From assembly GCA_001600815.1 (NCBI GenBank), contig BCKZ01000005.1, forward strand, positions 557,727 to 621,726: DNA of 64,000 nucleotides. The letters run 5' to 3'. Positions 12,289-24,111 of this stretch are shown here, one piece after another; within the stretch, counting starts at the first letter, position 1, and each line of letters begins with the position of its first letter. The notes below the pieces were generated by a model. The model had not been told where the DNA came from. It ran no database searches and was given only the letters and a program-made list of their open reading frames with translations. The translations under genes were made by a program, and so were the position numbers. This DNA comes from Alloascoidea hylecoeti (lineage: Eukaryota).

Positions 12289-13110
12289 TCAATCATCCTC
12301 AGATTCCTCACCCCATCGTCCTTCACCTTCAATAAAATTTGCTTCATAATCATCATCGTTAAAATTGATATTATTATTATCCTTCCATTTCATTATTTTC
12401 TTAGAAAGAAGTACTAATTTTTTAGCATCTAGATTACTTGGAAGGTAACTAGAATCTATATCTTCTTCAAGATCACTTTCATTTATAACCGATTGAGTCA
12501 TTTGATCATCATGATCCTCTTGTTTCTTTTCGAAATTTAGATCTGCTTGTGGTTCATAATCTGAAGCAACATCACTAAATATATCTGAGTCTGAATCTGA
12601 ATCATTTGAAGTTTGTTTTAATTTATGTATTAATTGTTTTTCTACTCTCTCATTAGTTGGTAATTTAGAATTACTATTTGCATCAGATTGTCTATTTTTA
12701 GTTATTTCAATTTTATGATTCTTTTCGTTCTGTATTTTATCCTTAATATTTTCCTTTGTATCATTTAATTTAGATTTATTTATGAAAGTCGTTGTTTTTA
12801 AATTGATTGGACTAGCATTCTTTTCTTCTGCTGTTTTTATATCGGTCACTGAACCTTTATGAGATCTTTCACTAACCGTGGTTTTGTTATCATTCTCTCT
12901 TGTAATAAGTTTTGATTTTAGATTGTCTTTGATGTCTATTTTTCGTCTTTTCACCTTGCGTACTACTCGACCATCAGGCAGTTTAACATATTTAACTTTT
13001 ACTTTTTGATTATCATCAGATTTGTCGATGTTCGTTTTAGCTATTGATTTAAAAGATTTGCCAAGTTTCCTTTTCTCGGGAACAGGATTTGATGAATTAT
13101 GGTCATCCAT
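12289..13110 (-). CDS. Charged low-complexity nuclear protein, possibly related to the C-terminal part of fungal RED-like proteins
   Basis: 273-codon ORF. Motifs LPDGRVVRKVKR and DSDIFSDVASDYEP resemble those recalled from fungal RED/IK-like proteins. Family call is tentative. Confidence 0.55.
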   Translation of the reverse strand: MDDHNSSNPVPEKRKLGKSFKSIAKTNIDKSDDNQKVKVKYVKLPDGRVVRKVKRRKIDIKDNLKSKLITRENDNKTTVSERSHKGSVTDIKTAEEKNASPINLKTTTFINKSKLNDTKENIKDKIQNEKNHKIEITKNRQSDANSNSKLPTNERVEKQLIHKLKQTSNDSDSDSDIFSDVASDYEPQADLNFEKKQEDHDDQMTQSVINESDLEEDIDSSYLPSNLDAKKLVLLSKKIMKWKDNNNINFNDDDYEANFIEGEGRWGEESEDD

Positions 13111-13207
13111 TATGCTCTTATAATTATACTGATGGTGTGAGTAGAACTGTTGTAGCTAAGAAGTTTAACCACAACATGAGTTTATATATCATAGATTATA
13201 TTAATAT

Positions 13208-14965
13208 TTATCCATCTATCACGCTATAAAATAATCTATTTATTGAATTTATATAATCAATTGCCTCTTCATGATGAACATCATCTTCAATCTCAACTCC
13301 ATTCAAATTAAATACAAAATTCTTTTTCTCATCTTTTGAATATACAGGCCATGATTTAATAGCCGCCGTACTATTATTATCTTCTAACTTTCCAATCCCA
13401 AAATGAGACATTTTATGATCATTTGGATGTAAATGATTTATAAAAGAAATCAATGTTCTTCCACCTAATTTAGAAATTAATTTAGCATTTAAATCATCAA
13501 GCCAAGGATAGCCATATAATGAAATATATTTAGTTGATGGATTTATGAAAAAATATGATAAATCATGACAGTGAGTAACACCAAAGAAATCAGGTAAACC
13601 TTTCCCTTTAACATTCCATCTATATGTATAAACAGGAATATCATATTGTGTAAAAATATTTGATAATAATCTTCTTGGTGCAATCATTCTCAAATCACCA
13701 ATAATTGATGCCATTCTTTTCCATGATCCACCCCAATAATCAACATTTGGAATTTCAATATCTGGAGCTACTTCAAAATTTGGATCATTAGGTGGATATA
13801 AACCTATTAATTTATCAGCATATTTTTTAGGAACTGATGGCATTTTATCAGGGAAATATTTTAAAATGGTTTCATTATCTACACCTGATGGCATCATTAA
13901 AGAAGCTTCATCAGTAGTTGTACCAATATATAATGGAACTTTAACAAAATCACCATTATTTAATTGAATAGAAGGTTGAATTTTTAAAAAATCATTATCT
14001 AAAACAGGACCAGAAAATATAGAACTTATAATATTATTTGATGAGTTAAAAGCAAATTGTAAAAGTTTTGAATCAATTTTTTTCAAACAATTTAAAGTAT
14101 CAATTTCATTTGAACAATTAAAATGTGAAATTAATTGATCATATGATTTTTGTTTAATTTCTGATGTTATACCATATAATCCACTTGTTGTTGGGAAAGC
14201 ACTTTGTAATATAGCACCAATAAATAAATTATCATTTTGTCCTCCATATGCTAATAGTTGATAACCAACACTGGAAGATCCGGCACTTTGACCCCACAAT
14301 ATAATATGATTTGGATCACCTCCAAAACGTCCGATGTTTTCTTTAACCCATTCAAGAGCCAATCTTTGATCTCTTAGGCCGACATTTGAAGCACCAATAT
14401 CTGCTACTTGTTGACTTGCCAAGAATCCAAATCCACTAAGTCGATAGTTGAGAGAAACGGCTATTATTGGTTGATCAATCTCCACGCTTTCTTGTATAAA
14501 ATAGGTTAAATTGTGTATATCACGTCTTGAACTTCCATCGATATAGCTCCCACCATGGAAAAACACAACCACCGGAAGGTTTTGTTTATTCGTTATATTT
14601 GGCATGACAATATTTAACGATAGACAATCTTCGGATATGGGATCTGCAGCGTTATCACCGGGACCATAAGCAACGGAATGGTAACAAACTGGAGAATAAT
14701 CTGTCGCATTTCTAATTTCAGTGAAAGACGTATTCAATGATTGAGGACGTTCAAAACGTAAAGGGCCAATTGGTGGTTGACAGTATGGGATGCCTAGAAA
14801 TGCAAGTTGGTTATAATTCTCGATAAATAACCCCCGATAAGTGCCATTTGTTACTGTAACAAGAGGAGAATTGTGATTGTCAAATATTATAGTAGATTTG
14901 AGTCCCCATGGATTAAACAGATGGGCGAGAAATCCCAATAAAGACAACCAGTCAAAAAGGAACAT
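13208..14965 (-). CDS. Secreted type-B carboxylesterase/lipase
   Basis: First ATG at 14965 followed by a hydrophobic leader. FLGIPY, SEDCLSLNI, FHGGSY, NYRL, DQRLALEWV, FGGDP, nucleophile GQSAG, catalytic Glu (TTDEAS) and His (VTHCHD). Confidence 0.92.
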   Translation of the reverse strand: MFLFDWLSLLGFLAHLFNPWGLKSTIIFDNHNSPLVTVTNGTYRGLFIENYNQLAFLGIPYCQPPIGPLRFERPQSLNTSFTEIRNATDYSPVCYHSVAYGPGDNAADPISEDCLSLNIVMPNITNKQNLPVVVFFHGGSYIDGSSRRDIHNLTYFIQESVEIDQPIIAVSLNYRLSGFGFLASQQVADIGASNVGLRDQRLALEWVKENIGRFGGDPNHIILWGQSAGSSSVGYQLLAYGGQNDNLFIGAILQSAFPTTSGLYGITSEIKQKSYDQLISHFNCSNEIDTLNCLKKIDSKLLQFAFNSSNNIISSIFSGPVLDNDFLKIQPSIQLNNGDFVKVPLYIGTTTDEASLMMPSGVDNETILKYFPDKMPSVPKKYADKLIGLYPPNDPNFEVAPDIEIPNVDYWGGSWKRMASIIGDLRMIAPRRLLSNIFTQYDIPVYTYRWNVKGKGLPDFFGVTHCHDLSYFFINPSTKYISLYGYPWLDDLNAKLISKLGGRTLISFINHLHPNDHKMSHFGIGKLEDNNSTAAIKSWPVYSKDEKKNFVFNLNGVEIEDDVHHEEAIDYINSINRLFYSVIDG

Positions 14966-15115
14966 TTGGATATTAAAAATATTCGTCTCTGTTTTGAGGA
15001 AATTGGCAAGATCTGGACATGCAGTTGAAATAAAAACCACTTTTTAATTAACAATAACAACATCAAATAATTATCTACATTAAACGGTGAACACATGATC
15101 TCTGGTAAAATATTA

Positions 15116-15123
15116 ATGACTCA
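15116..15123 (+). promoter_or_regulatory. Gcn4/AP-1 consensus site upstream of ILV2
   Basis: ATGACTCA about 80 bp upstream of the ILV2 ATG. This is the canonical general-amino-acid-control element. Confidence 0.65.
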
Positions 15124-15200
15124 CCATTTTAATTCTGTTTTTCCATTTTTCATTTTTCAATTTTTCATTCTTCACTTTTAGTTTCTTTGCTATTTAAAAA

Positions 15201-17231
15201 ATGCTTTCTATAACTGTTAGAACTGCTAGAACCACTACGAAAAGAGCTCTTCCTGTACTTTTCAGATCAACCTTCCTTCGAGCTTTAAGTACTTCCATCG
15301 GTGCTCGACCAACACCATCACCATCTTTCAATAATGGTCCAGCTAAAGATTTGAAGGCAGATATTAATGGTCCACAGGCATTGAACAAGAAACACGGACA
15401 GGACAATAAAACGGATGCATTCATTGGTTTAACAGGCGGTCAAATTTTTCATGAGATGATGAGACGACATAACGTTGACACCATCTTTGGATATCCAGGT
15501 GGTGCCATTCTTCCTGTATTCGATGCAATTTATAATTCAAAGGCCTTTGATTTTGTTTTACCTCGTCATGAACAAGGGGCAGGCCACATGGCAGAAGGTT
15601 ATGCAAGAGCTACAGGTAAAACAGGTGTTATTTTAGTGACCTCCGGTCCAGGAGCAACAAACATTATAACTCCATTACAAGATGCCCTTTCTGATGGTGT
15701 TCCCATTGTTGCATTTTCAGGACAGGTAACAACAAGTGCAATTGGTACAGATGCTTTTCAAGAAGCTGACGTGATAGGAATAACGAGATCATGTACGAAA
15801 TGGAATTGTATGGTTAAAACCGTCGATGAATTACCAAAGAGAATAAATGAAGCTTTTGAAATCGCAAATTCCGGTAGACCTGGTCCAGTTTTACTTGATT
15901 TACCAAAAGATATGACTTCAGCAATTTTAAAAAGATCAATTCCAATAACTTCAACTTTACCATCAAATGCATTATTAGAATTAACTAAGAATGCAGCGAA
16001 TAAATATCAGATGGAATCGATTAATAAAACTGCAAGTTTATTAAAAATTTCTAAAAAACCAGTAATTTATGCTGGCCAAGGAATTTTAATGTCAAAAGAT
16101 GGTCCTTCAATATTAAAACAATTTTCTGAAAAATTTCAAATTCCTGTAACAACAACTTTACAAGCTTTAGGTTCATATGATGAAACTAATGAAAAATCAT
16201 TACATATGTTAGGAATGCATGGTTCAGCTTATGCAAATTTAGCCATTCAAAATAGTGATTTAATTTTAGCTTTAGGTGCAAGATTTGATGATAGAGTAAC
16301 AGGAAATTTACCAAAATTTGCTCCTGAAGCAAGATTAGCAGCTTTAGAAAAGAGAGGAGGTATTGTTCATTTTGAAATATCACCAAAAAATATAAATAAA
16401 GTTGTTGAAGCTGATGTTGCTATTGAAGGTGATGTTACTGAATCACTTAAGAAATTATTACCATTAGTTGAATCAATTTCAAAAGAATCAAGATTTGAAT
16501 GGCTTAATTTAATAAAAACATGGAAAAAGAAATATCCTTTCAATTATGAAAAAGAATCATCACCAAATGATTTAGTTAAACCACAAACTCTCATTTCTGA
16601 AATTTCTCGTTTAACTAGTGAAAAAAATTTAAATCCAATTATTACAACTGGTGTTGGACAACATCAAATGTGGGCAGCACAGCATTTCCGTTGGAGAGAA
16701 CCAAGAACTATGATTACTTCTGGTGGATTAGGTACAATGGGATTTGGATTACCTGCTGCAATTGGAGCCCAAGTAGGTCAACCTAATAGAGTAGTTATTG
16801 ATATTGATGGTGATGCATCTTTTAACATGACATTAACTGAATTATCATGTGCTGTTCAACATAATATACCAATTAAAATTTGTATTTTAAATAATGAAGA
16901 ACAAGGAATGGTTACACAATGGCAATCTTTATTTTATGAAGATAGATTTTCACATACTCATCAATCAAATCCAAATTTTATTAAACTTGCTGATGCAATG
17001 GGATTAAAAGGAATTAGAGTTAGTAAATTTTCAGAGCTTGAACCTGCTTTAAATGAATGGTTAGATTATAAAGATGGTCCTGTATTATTAGAGGTTATGG
17101 TTGCTCAAAAAGTTCCTGTTTTACCAATGGTTCCAGCTGGTAAAGGTTTGGATGAATTTATGATATATGATAAGGAAGTTGAAGATAAAAGGAAAGAAAC
17201 GAGGCACACAAGAACAAATGGTTTATATTAA
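15201..17231 (+). CDS. ILV2: Acetolactate synthase catalytic subunit, mitochondrial
   Basis: Arg/Thr/Ser-rich presequence, IFGYPGGAILPVFD, RHEQGAGHMAEGYAR, TSGPGATN, TGVGQHQMWAAQ, and the TPP motif GDASFNM...NNEEQGMVTQWQ. Confidence 0.98.
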   Translation: MLSITVRTARTTTKRALPVLFRSTFLRALSTSIGARPTPSPSFNNGPAKDLKADINGPQALNKKHGQDNKTDAFIGLTGGQIFHEMMRRHNVDTIFGYPGGAILPVFDAIYNSKAFDFVLPRHEQGAGHMAEGYARATGKTGVILVTSGPGATNIITPLQDALSDGVPIVAFSGQVTTSAIGTDAFQEADVIGITRSCTKWNCMVKTVDELPKRINEAFEIANSGRPGPVLLDLPKDMTSAILKRSIPITSTLPSNALLELTKNAANKYQMESINKTASLLKISKKPVIYAGQGILMSKDGPSILKQFSEKFQIPVTTTLQALGSYDETNEKSLHMLGMHGSAYANLAIQNSDLILALGARFDDRVTGNLPKFAPEARLAALEKRGGIVHFEISPKNINKVVEADVAIEGDVTESLKKLLPLVESISKESRFEWLNLIKTWKKKYPFNYEKESSPNDLVKPQTLISEISRLTSEKNLNPIITTGVGQHQMWAAQHFRWREPRTMITSGGLGTMGFGLPAAIGAQVGQPNRVVIDIDGDASFNMTLTELSCAVQHNIPIKICILNNEEQGMVTQWQSLFYEDRFSHTHQSNPNFIKLADAMGLKGIRVSKFSELEPALNEWLDYKDGPVLLEVMVAQKVPVLPMVPAGKGLDEFMIYDKEVEDKRKETRHTRTNGLY

Positions 17232-17876
17232 GCACACCTCATTTATCGTTATTTATTATTTCAATTTGTTATGACTTTATGATTACTGGTTAAATAAAAA
17301 ATAAAAGTAGCAAAAAGAAGGGTCTCAAAATTTAAAAGTATTTGATTTAGTTTAATTTAATTTAATTGATTTTTATGTTTTTATTAAAATATAACATTGT
17401 CTCGTCTATATATATAACATGTGCTATTAACTGTAGAGTATGCCCATTTAATTATTACTATAACAGCTAATCAGCCATGGTTTTGCTATTTATAGTATGT
17501 TAGCTAACGTCAACTAACCATTAATAAAGTTGTGGCTTCTAAATATAATCTTTAGAACTATTTTCTACATGTGTTAATTATTGATCTTTTATAATAACGT
17601 GTCCAACAGTCAAAGATCTATTTAGTTTTATATGCCAATTAACAAATTTATATAGATTTATAGAAGAAATTAATTATAAAATGGTGATCTAGATCATAAA
17701 AAAGTTGGTGTTCTGCATCCAGATTCATGTCCTTGGTAACTCACGTGTGTCTAAATTCTGCCTTATTTCATCAAACAAGCATTTAACTGTCAGACTGTTT
17801 AACTATTATTAATAACATCATTCCCACACACCTTCCACTTTTCATTAATACTATTTTCTGGTTTTTTCAAAAAGCA

Positions 17877-18505
17877 ATGGCAATTCAGTTTATTCTAGTA
17901 CAAAACAGGCAAGGCAAAACACGTATTGCTAAGTGGTATTCAACATACAATGTAAGTATTTTTACGGTTTAAACTATCAATAGCACAAGCACAGTTTAAA
18001 ACTTCGGGATGAATTCTAATAGTTATTTTCTTTCTTTTCCTTGGATGTTTAGGATGATGAAAAAGTTAAGATAAAAGGAGACGTTCATAGATTAGTCGCT
18101 TCAAGAGACCAAAAACATCAAAGTAATTTTGTGGAGGTATGATGATGAGCTAATTATTACATGTTGAAAAGCATATAATTTTCAAATTTATCAAAGAACA
18201 ATAAAAACTCTAACATTATATATCATCAGTTCCAAGCTAATAAATTAGTATATCGTCGTTACGCAGGTCTTTATTTTGTGGCGTGTGTTGAAACGATAGA
18301 CAATGAGTTACAATATCTCGAAGCTATACATTTACTAGTAGAAGTTCTGGATACTTTTTTTCAAAATGTTTGTGAATTAGATCTTGTTTTTAATTTCTAT
18401 AAGGTTTATTCAGTATTAGATGAAATATTTTTAGCGGGTGAAATAGAAGAAATATCAAAGAAGGCTATACTGGAAAGGATTAATCTACTGGATAAACAAG
18501 ATTAA
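17877..18505 (+). CDS. APS2: AP-2 adaptor complex sigma subunit; exons 17877-17951, 18053-18136, 18230-18505
   Basis: Two GT-AG introns (17952-18052, 18137-18229) give [21 protein letters not shown]...[24 protein letters not shown]...[15 protein letters not shown]. Confidence 0.9.
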
Positions 18506-18626
18506 ATCTTTAATATCATAATAATAATCATAATAATCATAATAATCTATAATAATTTATAATAATTTATAATATTTATAGAACATAATAAATAGTGATA
18601 ATTGTAATTTTCGCTATTGAGTCATT

Positions 18627-19379
18627 TTACAAAATATTTATTTCCAGAAGATCTTTTTGGGCATTTGGAATAAAACCTTCTATATTTGACCAAATTTCAT
18701 TACTAACCGTTTCTATATCCTTACCATCCACTAATATTGTTTTCCAATCTAGATTTGTTTTGTTTTTATTAATGAAAATCTCAAATATTCTCCGCACTTC
18801 TTGTTGAAAATGGGATTCTTCATATCTTTCGATTCCATAACCGCTTCTTCGTGTTGCTTCCGAAGGAGAAATGTTGAGAAAGAATGTAAGATCTGGTTTT
18901 GGAAGACCTAGATCTGGAGCAAGACACCAGTCAAAATCTAACCCCTATAACCCGATAATATTGACTGTTAGATCATTATAATTTATTATAAATATAGAGA
19001 GAAAGGTTTTATTCCTTACCTTAGCAGCTGAATATGCAACACCAGAATAAACATATCTATCAACAATGATGATCTTCCCATTTAATATCTTCTTCTTGAT
19101 ATCTTCAATAGCCTCCCATCTATTCGCACTAAATAATAAATGAACAGCCTGATCATTTAAATCCTCTTTACTATCTTTGTTACTTTTCAAATAATTATCG
19201 ATCATGCGCCCTATTGGCGTGTCTCTATTTGGAAATTTCACAAGCTCAACATCATCGGAAGATAATAGACTTGAAAACCTTTCCACTAGCTTTGAACATT
19301 GTGTTGATTTCCCTGCTCGATCCAGACCTTCTATTAAGATAAATAAACCTCGTTTGCGTTCTTTCAATTTGGAATTCAT
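18627..19379 (-). CDS. CDC8: Thymidylate kinase; exons 19379-19020, 18944-18627
   Basis: P-loop [35 protein letters not shown], then intron GTAAGG...TATAG, then [18 protein letters not shown]...GYGIERYE. Stop TAA at 18629-18627. Confidence 0.95.
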
Positions 19380-19501
19380 TGTAAGATTTAATTTAGAATA
19401 AAACTACCAGACGTGTTTGTGTTCGTCGATTATGTAAGCTAATTACATATATATACATGTAAGTTTTTCTTCCATAAAGCATAACATTATAGGATCATAA
19501 A

Positions 19502-20701
19502 TTATACACTTAAAACTAATCCATCTCTTGCCACCAGGTAATCAACACACCGCGATCTAACAGTCCCATTAATTGGGTTACTAATAAAACTCCTAACAAG
19601 CGGGTTACCTTCCCATCTTTCTCGTGAATCAAGAGATGACATGCATTTAAAATAATATTCAATTAATGATCTTTCCTTAATATTCTCAATTCTTGGATCA
19701 TCTACTTCTGTATCTATTGACTTCTTTACTATATGTGGATGATCATCAACCTCTTGTTCTGTAGATCTAGAAACTTTATGATCATGATCATCAGTGCAAA
19801 TGGAGTCAGAAAAGCTTGTCCCTGTGATAAACTCAATACAACTTTGAGGTCGTCGTCGTGTATTATGTCCTTGTATTCTCCTTGCAGTTTCTTCTGCATT
19901 TAATCGATCTCTAACAATACTTGCAACTCTATTTCGTGGTAATGTTTTAAATTTTGGCATTTGTCGTAATTCTAATGGTAAAGCAATTTGAATTCCGGTT
20001 GATATTGCCCAATACCATTCAATCATATCTTCAATTGATTCACATTGAAGTAATATTTGTTCAGATTCAATTCTTAAACGAAGAATATTATCACGTTTGA
20101 TGTAATCATGTGCAACTCCAACTTTAGCTCTTTGTAATGTATAACACCTTATTAGAACTCTTTTTTTCTTATTTAAATTTGAATCATGTATGCTGCTTTT
20201 TGCCCTTGTGGGTTTTGTAAATGAAGATGATGTTATAGTACTTTTAACCGTCAATGTTGAATTCTTATGCCTATTTTTACTTTTAATTTTCTGAAAATGA
20301 TGTTTAAGTTTAAGCAAATTGTTGTTGAATATCCTACTCTTTCTTTCATTTTCATTGGAAGAATTAGAATTAAGTGAGACGTATTTTTTTATATTATTAT
20401 GTGGTAACGGACCATAATCATGATGGGAATGTTGAAATTCTTCAATTGAATATAAGTTAAGTTGTGTATTATTTAAATCAACATAAAATTGTTTCCAACG
20501 TCTATTTGGACTTGATTCAAATGGAGAAACCAGTTCTATTTTTCGTTTTAAAAATCCTGTTTTCCTAACTGCTTCGGAATAACTTGGTAACACTTCTAGA
20601 CCTTCTTCTTCTCTGGGACATACAGGGAATCGAGGAGGTTTTGGTGAAAAATCATAACTAGGAGGAAAAGATAATGATCTAGTTTTAAACCTTGAACTCA
20701 T
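19502..20701 (-). CDS. PH-domain protein (YHR131C/YNL144C-like)
   Basis: PREEEGLEVLPSY, GFLKRKIELVSPF..SPNRRWK, YTLQRAKVGVAHDYIKRDNILRLRIESEQILL: a split PH domain typical of this fungal family. Confidence 0.8.
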   Translation of the reverse strand: MSSRFKTRSLSFPPSYDFSPKPPRFPVCPREEEGLEVLPSYSEAVRKTGFLKRKIELVSPFESSPNRRWKQFYVDLNNTQLNLYSIEEFQHSHHDYGPLPHNNIKKYVSLNSNSSNENERKSRIFNNNLLKLKHHFQKIKSKNRHKNSTLTVKSTITSSSFTKPTRAKSSIHDSNLNKKKRVLIRCYTLQRAKVGVAHDYIKRDNILRLRIESEQILLQCESIEDMIEWYWAISTGIQIALPLELRQMPKFKTLPRNRVASIVRDRLNAEETARRIQGHNTRRRPQSCIEFITGTSFSDSICTDDHDHKVSRSTEQEVDDHPHIVKKSIDTEVDDPRIENIKERSLIEYYFKCMSSLDSRERWEGNPLVRSFISNPINGTVRSRCVDYLVARDGLVLSV

Positions 20702-22151
20702 GGTTATTGATATAATTAATTATATTTCTCTTTTAAATTTAAAGTTAATATTCTTTTTTTCTTTTTTTTTTTTGAACCAACACAGATTAAAGCTTGGTTT
20801 TATATATAAATCAAAAACAAAATCCAATTCGAGACAGGAACAAAGGATCACAATATTATCTATAATCAAAGGGGAATTTATATGATTTAAATAAATTATT
20901 TCATTTCGTATAAAGTTTATGTGATATGACTATTGTATTACAAATGGAATAATCATACATGTATAAAGGTTTATAAAATCTAACCCCAAGTCATCAGCAT
21001 ATCTTAGATTTAAGCTTTGGTTTTATGAGAATATCGGGATCGGAAATTAAAGCGTCATTCAACGGGAATTGCACCTTACCAATAGTAAGTTAAGTTTTTA
21101 AACAACTTTGCTTCCATTCTTAAACAACTATTTACCATATCTGCAAATCTCTTTCCTCGGTTTTTATAATATGCATATGTTTATTGTTAAATTTATTTGT
21201 GGATTTGTAGATCCAATTATATTGCTCATTCGGTAAATGAGACCTGAATATCTTACGTTTATTGTTAAAATGTGATAAATTAACCTCCCGGAAGAACCTC
21301 CTGACAAGCCTTCCAGATAACTATATAAACTTTTCATATTGAACCTGTTCTTAAACAGATACTTCGCAGTCTGCCCACAAAACCGATAAGGTTTTCTATA
21401 AAGAATCCCATTTCCAAAACCCTTTTAAATCGAAACTCTTTAAACCATTTACATGCAGCTTTAGTTGATAGCATGATGTTTGATGATTATGGATCTATGA
21501 TCATCTTGCTTGTGACATATTTAATCTATAGCTATATTGTTTTGAGACATGAAAAATATTAATCATTAAATAATAATTTCATTGTTGTGTGTGAATTGTC
21601 ATTTCCATTGTCACCTAATCCTTGTGATAAATTTTGAATATCCTTAACATATCCACATTTTTGTAAAGATATCAAAAGATTGATACATTAATCTGAATTT
21701 AAATTCTATTCTCCAGTAAGATAGTCATAATTCCATTTAATGTCATGATTTAATGATCAAAATTAATCAGTTTTTTGTAAAAACTTTTGGAAAACACGCA
21801 TATGCAATGCCAGCAATTACGTTACCTAAAATTATTGCTTTATCACATTTTATATAATAAAATGTTATTTCAAGTTTAGGAAATAAGCCCATTTCGGTTG
21901 ATTACATGACCACAGATTGTGACAGAAATTAAGGAACAGTTTTAATGGGCCCAAAAGGTCCGACGATAATGTTACCCCACCCCCCACCACCTGATTCCTT
22001 ATTCACGACTAGAATCATATGAAAACAGTATTTTTCGTTAATCTCGGCATGTTGAACAAAACTATCTTGTTATTGTGGATATGATTAATACTGGTAGTAT
22101 ATTGCAATAATGTGGTATGGTAAGTCCACTAACAACCGTCCGTACCATACG

Positions 22152-22550
22152 CACATATATGCAAAATATTATGCATAAGAAACACAAAAACTAAAACATT
22201 TTTTCTCCTTTTTAAAATTAACAAAATTATCAATTGTTTATCTAAATTGTACCTATATTTGGTGAGACACAGAGGAATCACACAGAGGAATCCGACAGTT
22301 ACAGTATTTGTTTTATAGATCTAGAAGTCTTTGGTGTAGATCACCAGGTGGAAATGGAAGACTCCCTCCATCTTTACATTTTCTAGCTGGGATCAACATC
22401 AAAAACTTCTAAAATCTATGAAAAAAATAGCTACGGGATTCTCCTGTCTCTCACTAACATCAAAGATGAGTACAACTTATAGATTAATAACTTTGTTAAA
22501 TTTTAAAAGATGTTTTAGTTTTTGTATTTCTTATGACTCGTGCATATGTG
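22152..22550. repeat. ~400-bp degenerate palindrome (foldback/MITE-like)
   Basis: 22174-22199 CATAAGAAACACAAAAACTAAAACAT is the reverse complement of 22510-22535 (25/26). Gapped similarity continues inward to a ~9-nt loop at 22362-22370. Confidence 0.85.
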
Positions 22551-24111
22551 GATTCATCGATCGATATCGATCCTATAAGTTACCACTTTCGATAAAGTTG
22601 TCAAGTAATTAATCGACAAGGAATTTCATAAACGTTCGATATAATTTTCGTTATCAAAGGGAAAATTGAGAAGAAGAACCTAGTCACCCTAGTTCTATAC
22701 TTACCATCAGAAGCCTAGACCTCCATCTTATTACCGAATTGGTCCTCTCTTACACAATCTCATTTACACTTTATAGACCGCCATTTGGTTGTGTGTGCTC
22801 AAAAAGGTCAGTAGTTAAGATTTGTTATTTCAACATTAACTCATAAATTTCTCCCATTAGATTACAACGGTTATTACTATGATAGCATGCATAATGACGT
22901 CATGAGCCAATATATTTTCATTAATTTACCAATGTTTTACCTTCACAAGTTACGAAATATTTTGAATCATATTCCGAAATTAGCAAGAAAGAACTTTTAG
23001 ATTAATAAGAAATTCAACTACAAGTATTTACTGTAAACATATGATTCAATCCCAGGTTAGATAGATATAGAGCCTTAATTATATTGGTTTATGCAAAGTA
23101 AAATACAAATTCAAAATGAAATCTTTTATTAGGAATATAACTTTACAATATATGTATATAGTTGCATCAAGTCTAAAACTACCCTTTTTTCCGGACCCCA
23201 CTTCAAATAAACATGGTAATATTAATTATGACCAGTTACTGGGTTCTTCACCGAATTTTTTCAAACTGTTCTTAAAATAGTTTATAATGCTCCGTAGATT
23301 CCAGAGATTATATTAGTTTATAAGATTTTTATATGAAATGACTTTTAAAGTCTTTTAGTGTTAGCGCCCTTAAAGTCATAAACGACTGTCAGTCTATGAG
23401 GCATGGGTTATTGGGATTCTCAACCACTCTATAGTAGGGTCTATACAATGAAGTATGATCACTTTTCCAAATTCCAGCCCATACATATATCCTAATATAT
23501 ACCCCATATTTCTTTATATCATAAATATTTTGAGGCTCACAGCTTATAACTGTATTCGAGCAAATGTAAGCTTATTTTTCCGGATTTGGATCCTGCATAA
23601 TCGTCACTGTGATCCAAACATGCATTCAATCTATCTATCACATGTACCGGTACCTTTCTAGTCCTTCGGTTATTCCACTTCAGAAGAGGTAGTTTCCCAA
23701 AAGTAGAATAGCTTTAGGCTTGGCCAGGTTGTATATAAGTTAGTATAATAAGATTTTCCAAAAAAAAAAAAAAAAAAAGAGGTCTTCGGCCCCTTCCGCC
23801 GGCGCTAATTTATATTAATATAGCAATCGAACTAGTGTGAATTATTCTTCAAAATTGCACGAATTCAAATTTGTCAAAAGTGTCAATATAATAATATATA
23901 AATTAAACAAATTATGATAATACTACTTTATGATCATCTTAATGAATCCACCTCAATGATAATAAGATTAGCTATTTAGTTATATATAAAACAAATTAAA
24001 AAAAAAAAAAAAAAAAAAGAAGAGACTATGTAATATTTATAAGATAAAAGTAATATGTATAAGAAAGAAATCAATATATATATAAATATGTTTGTGTGTA
24101 GGTATGTAAAA

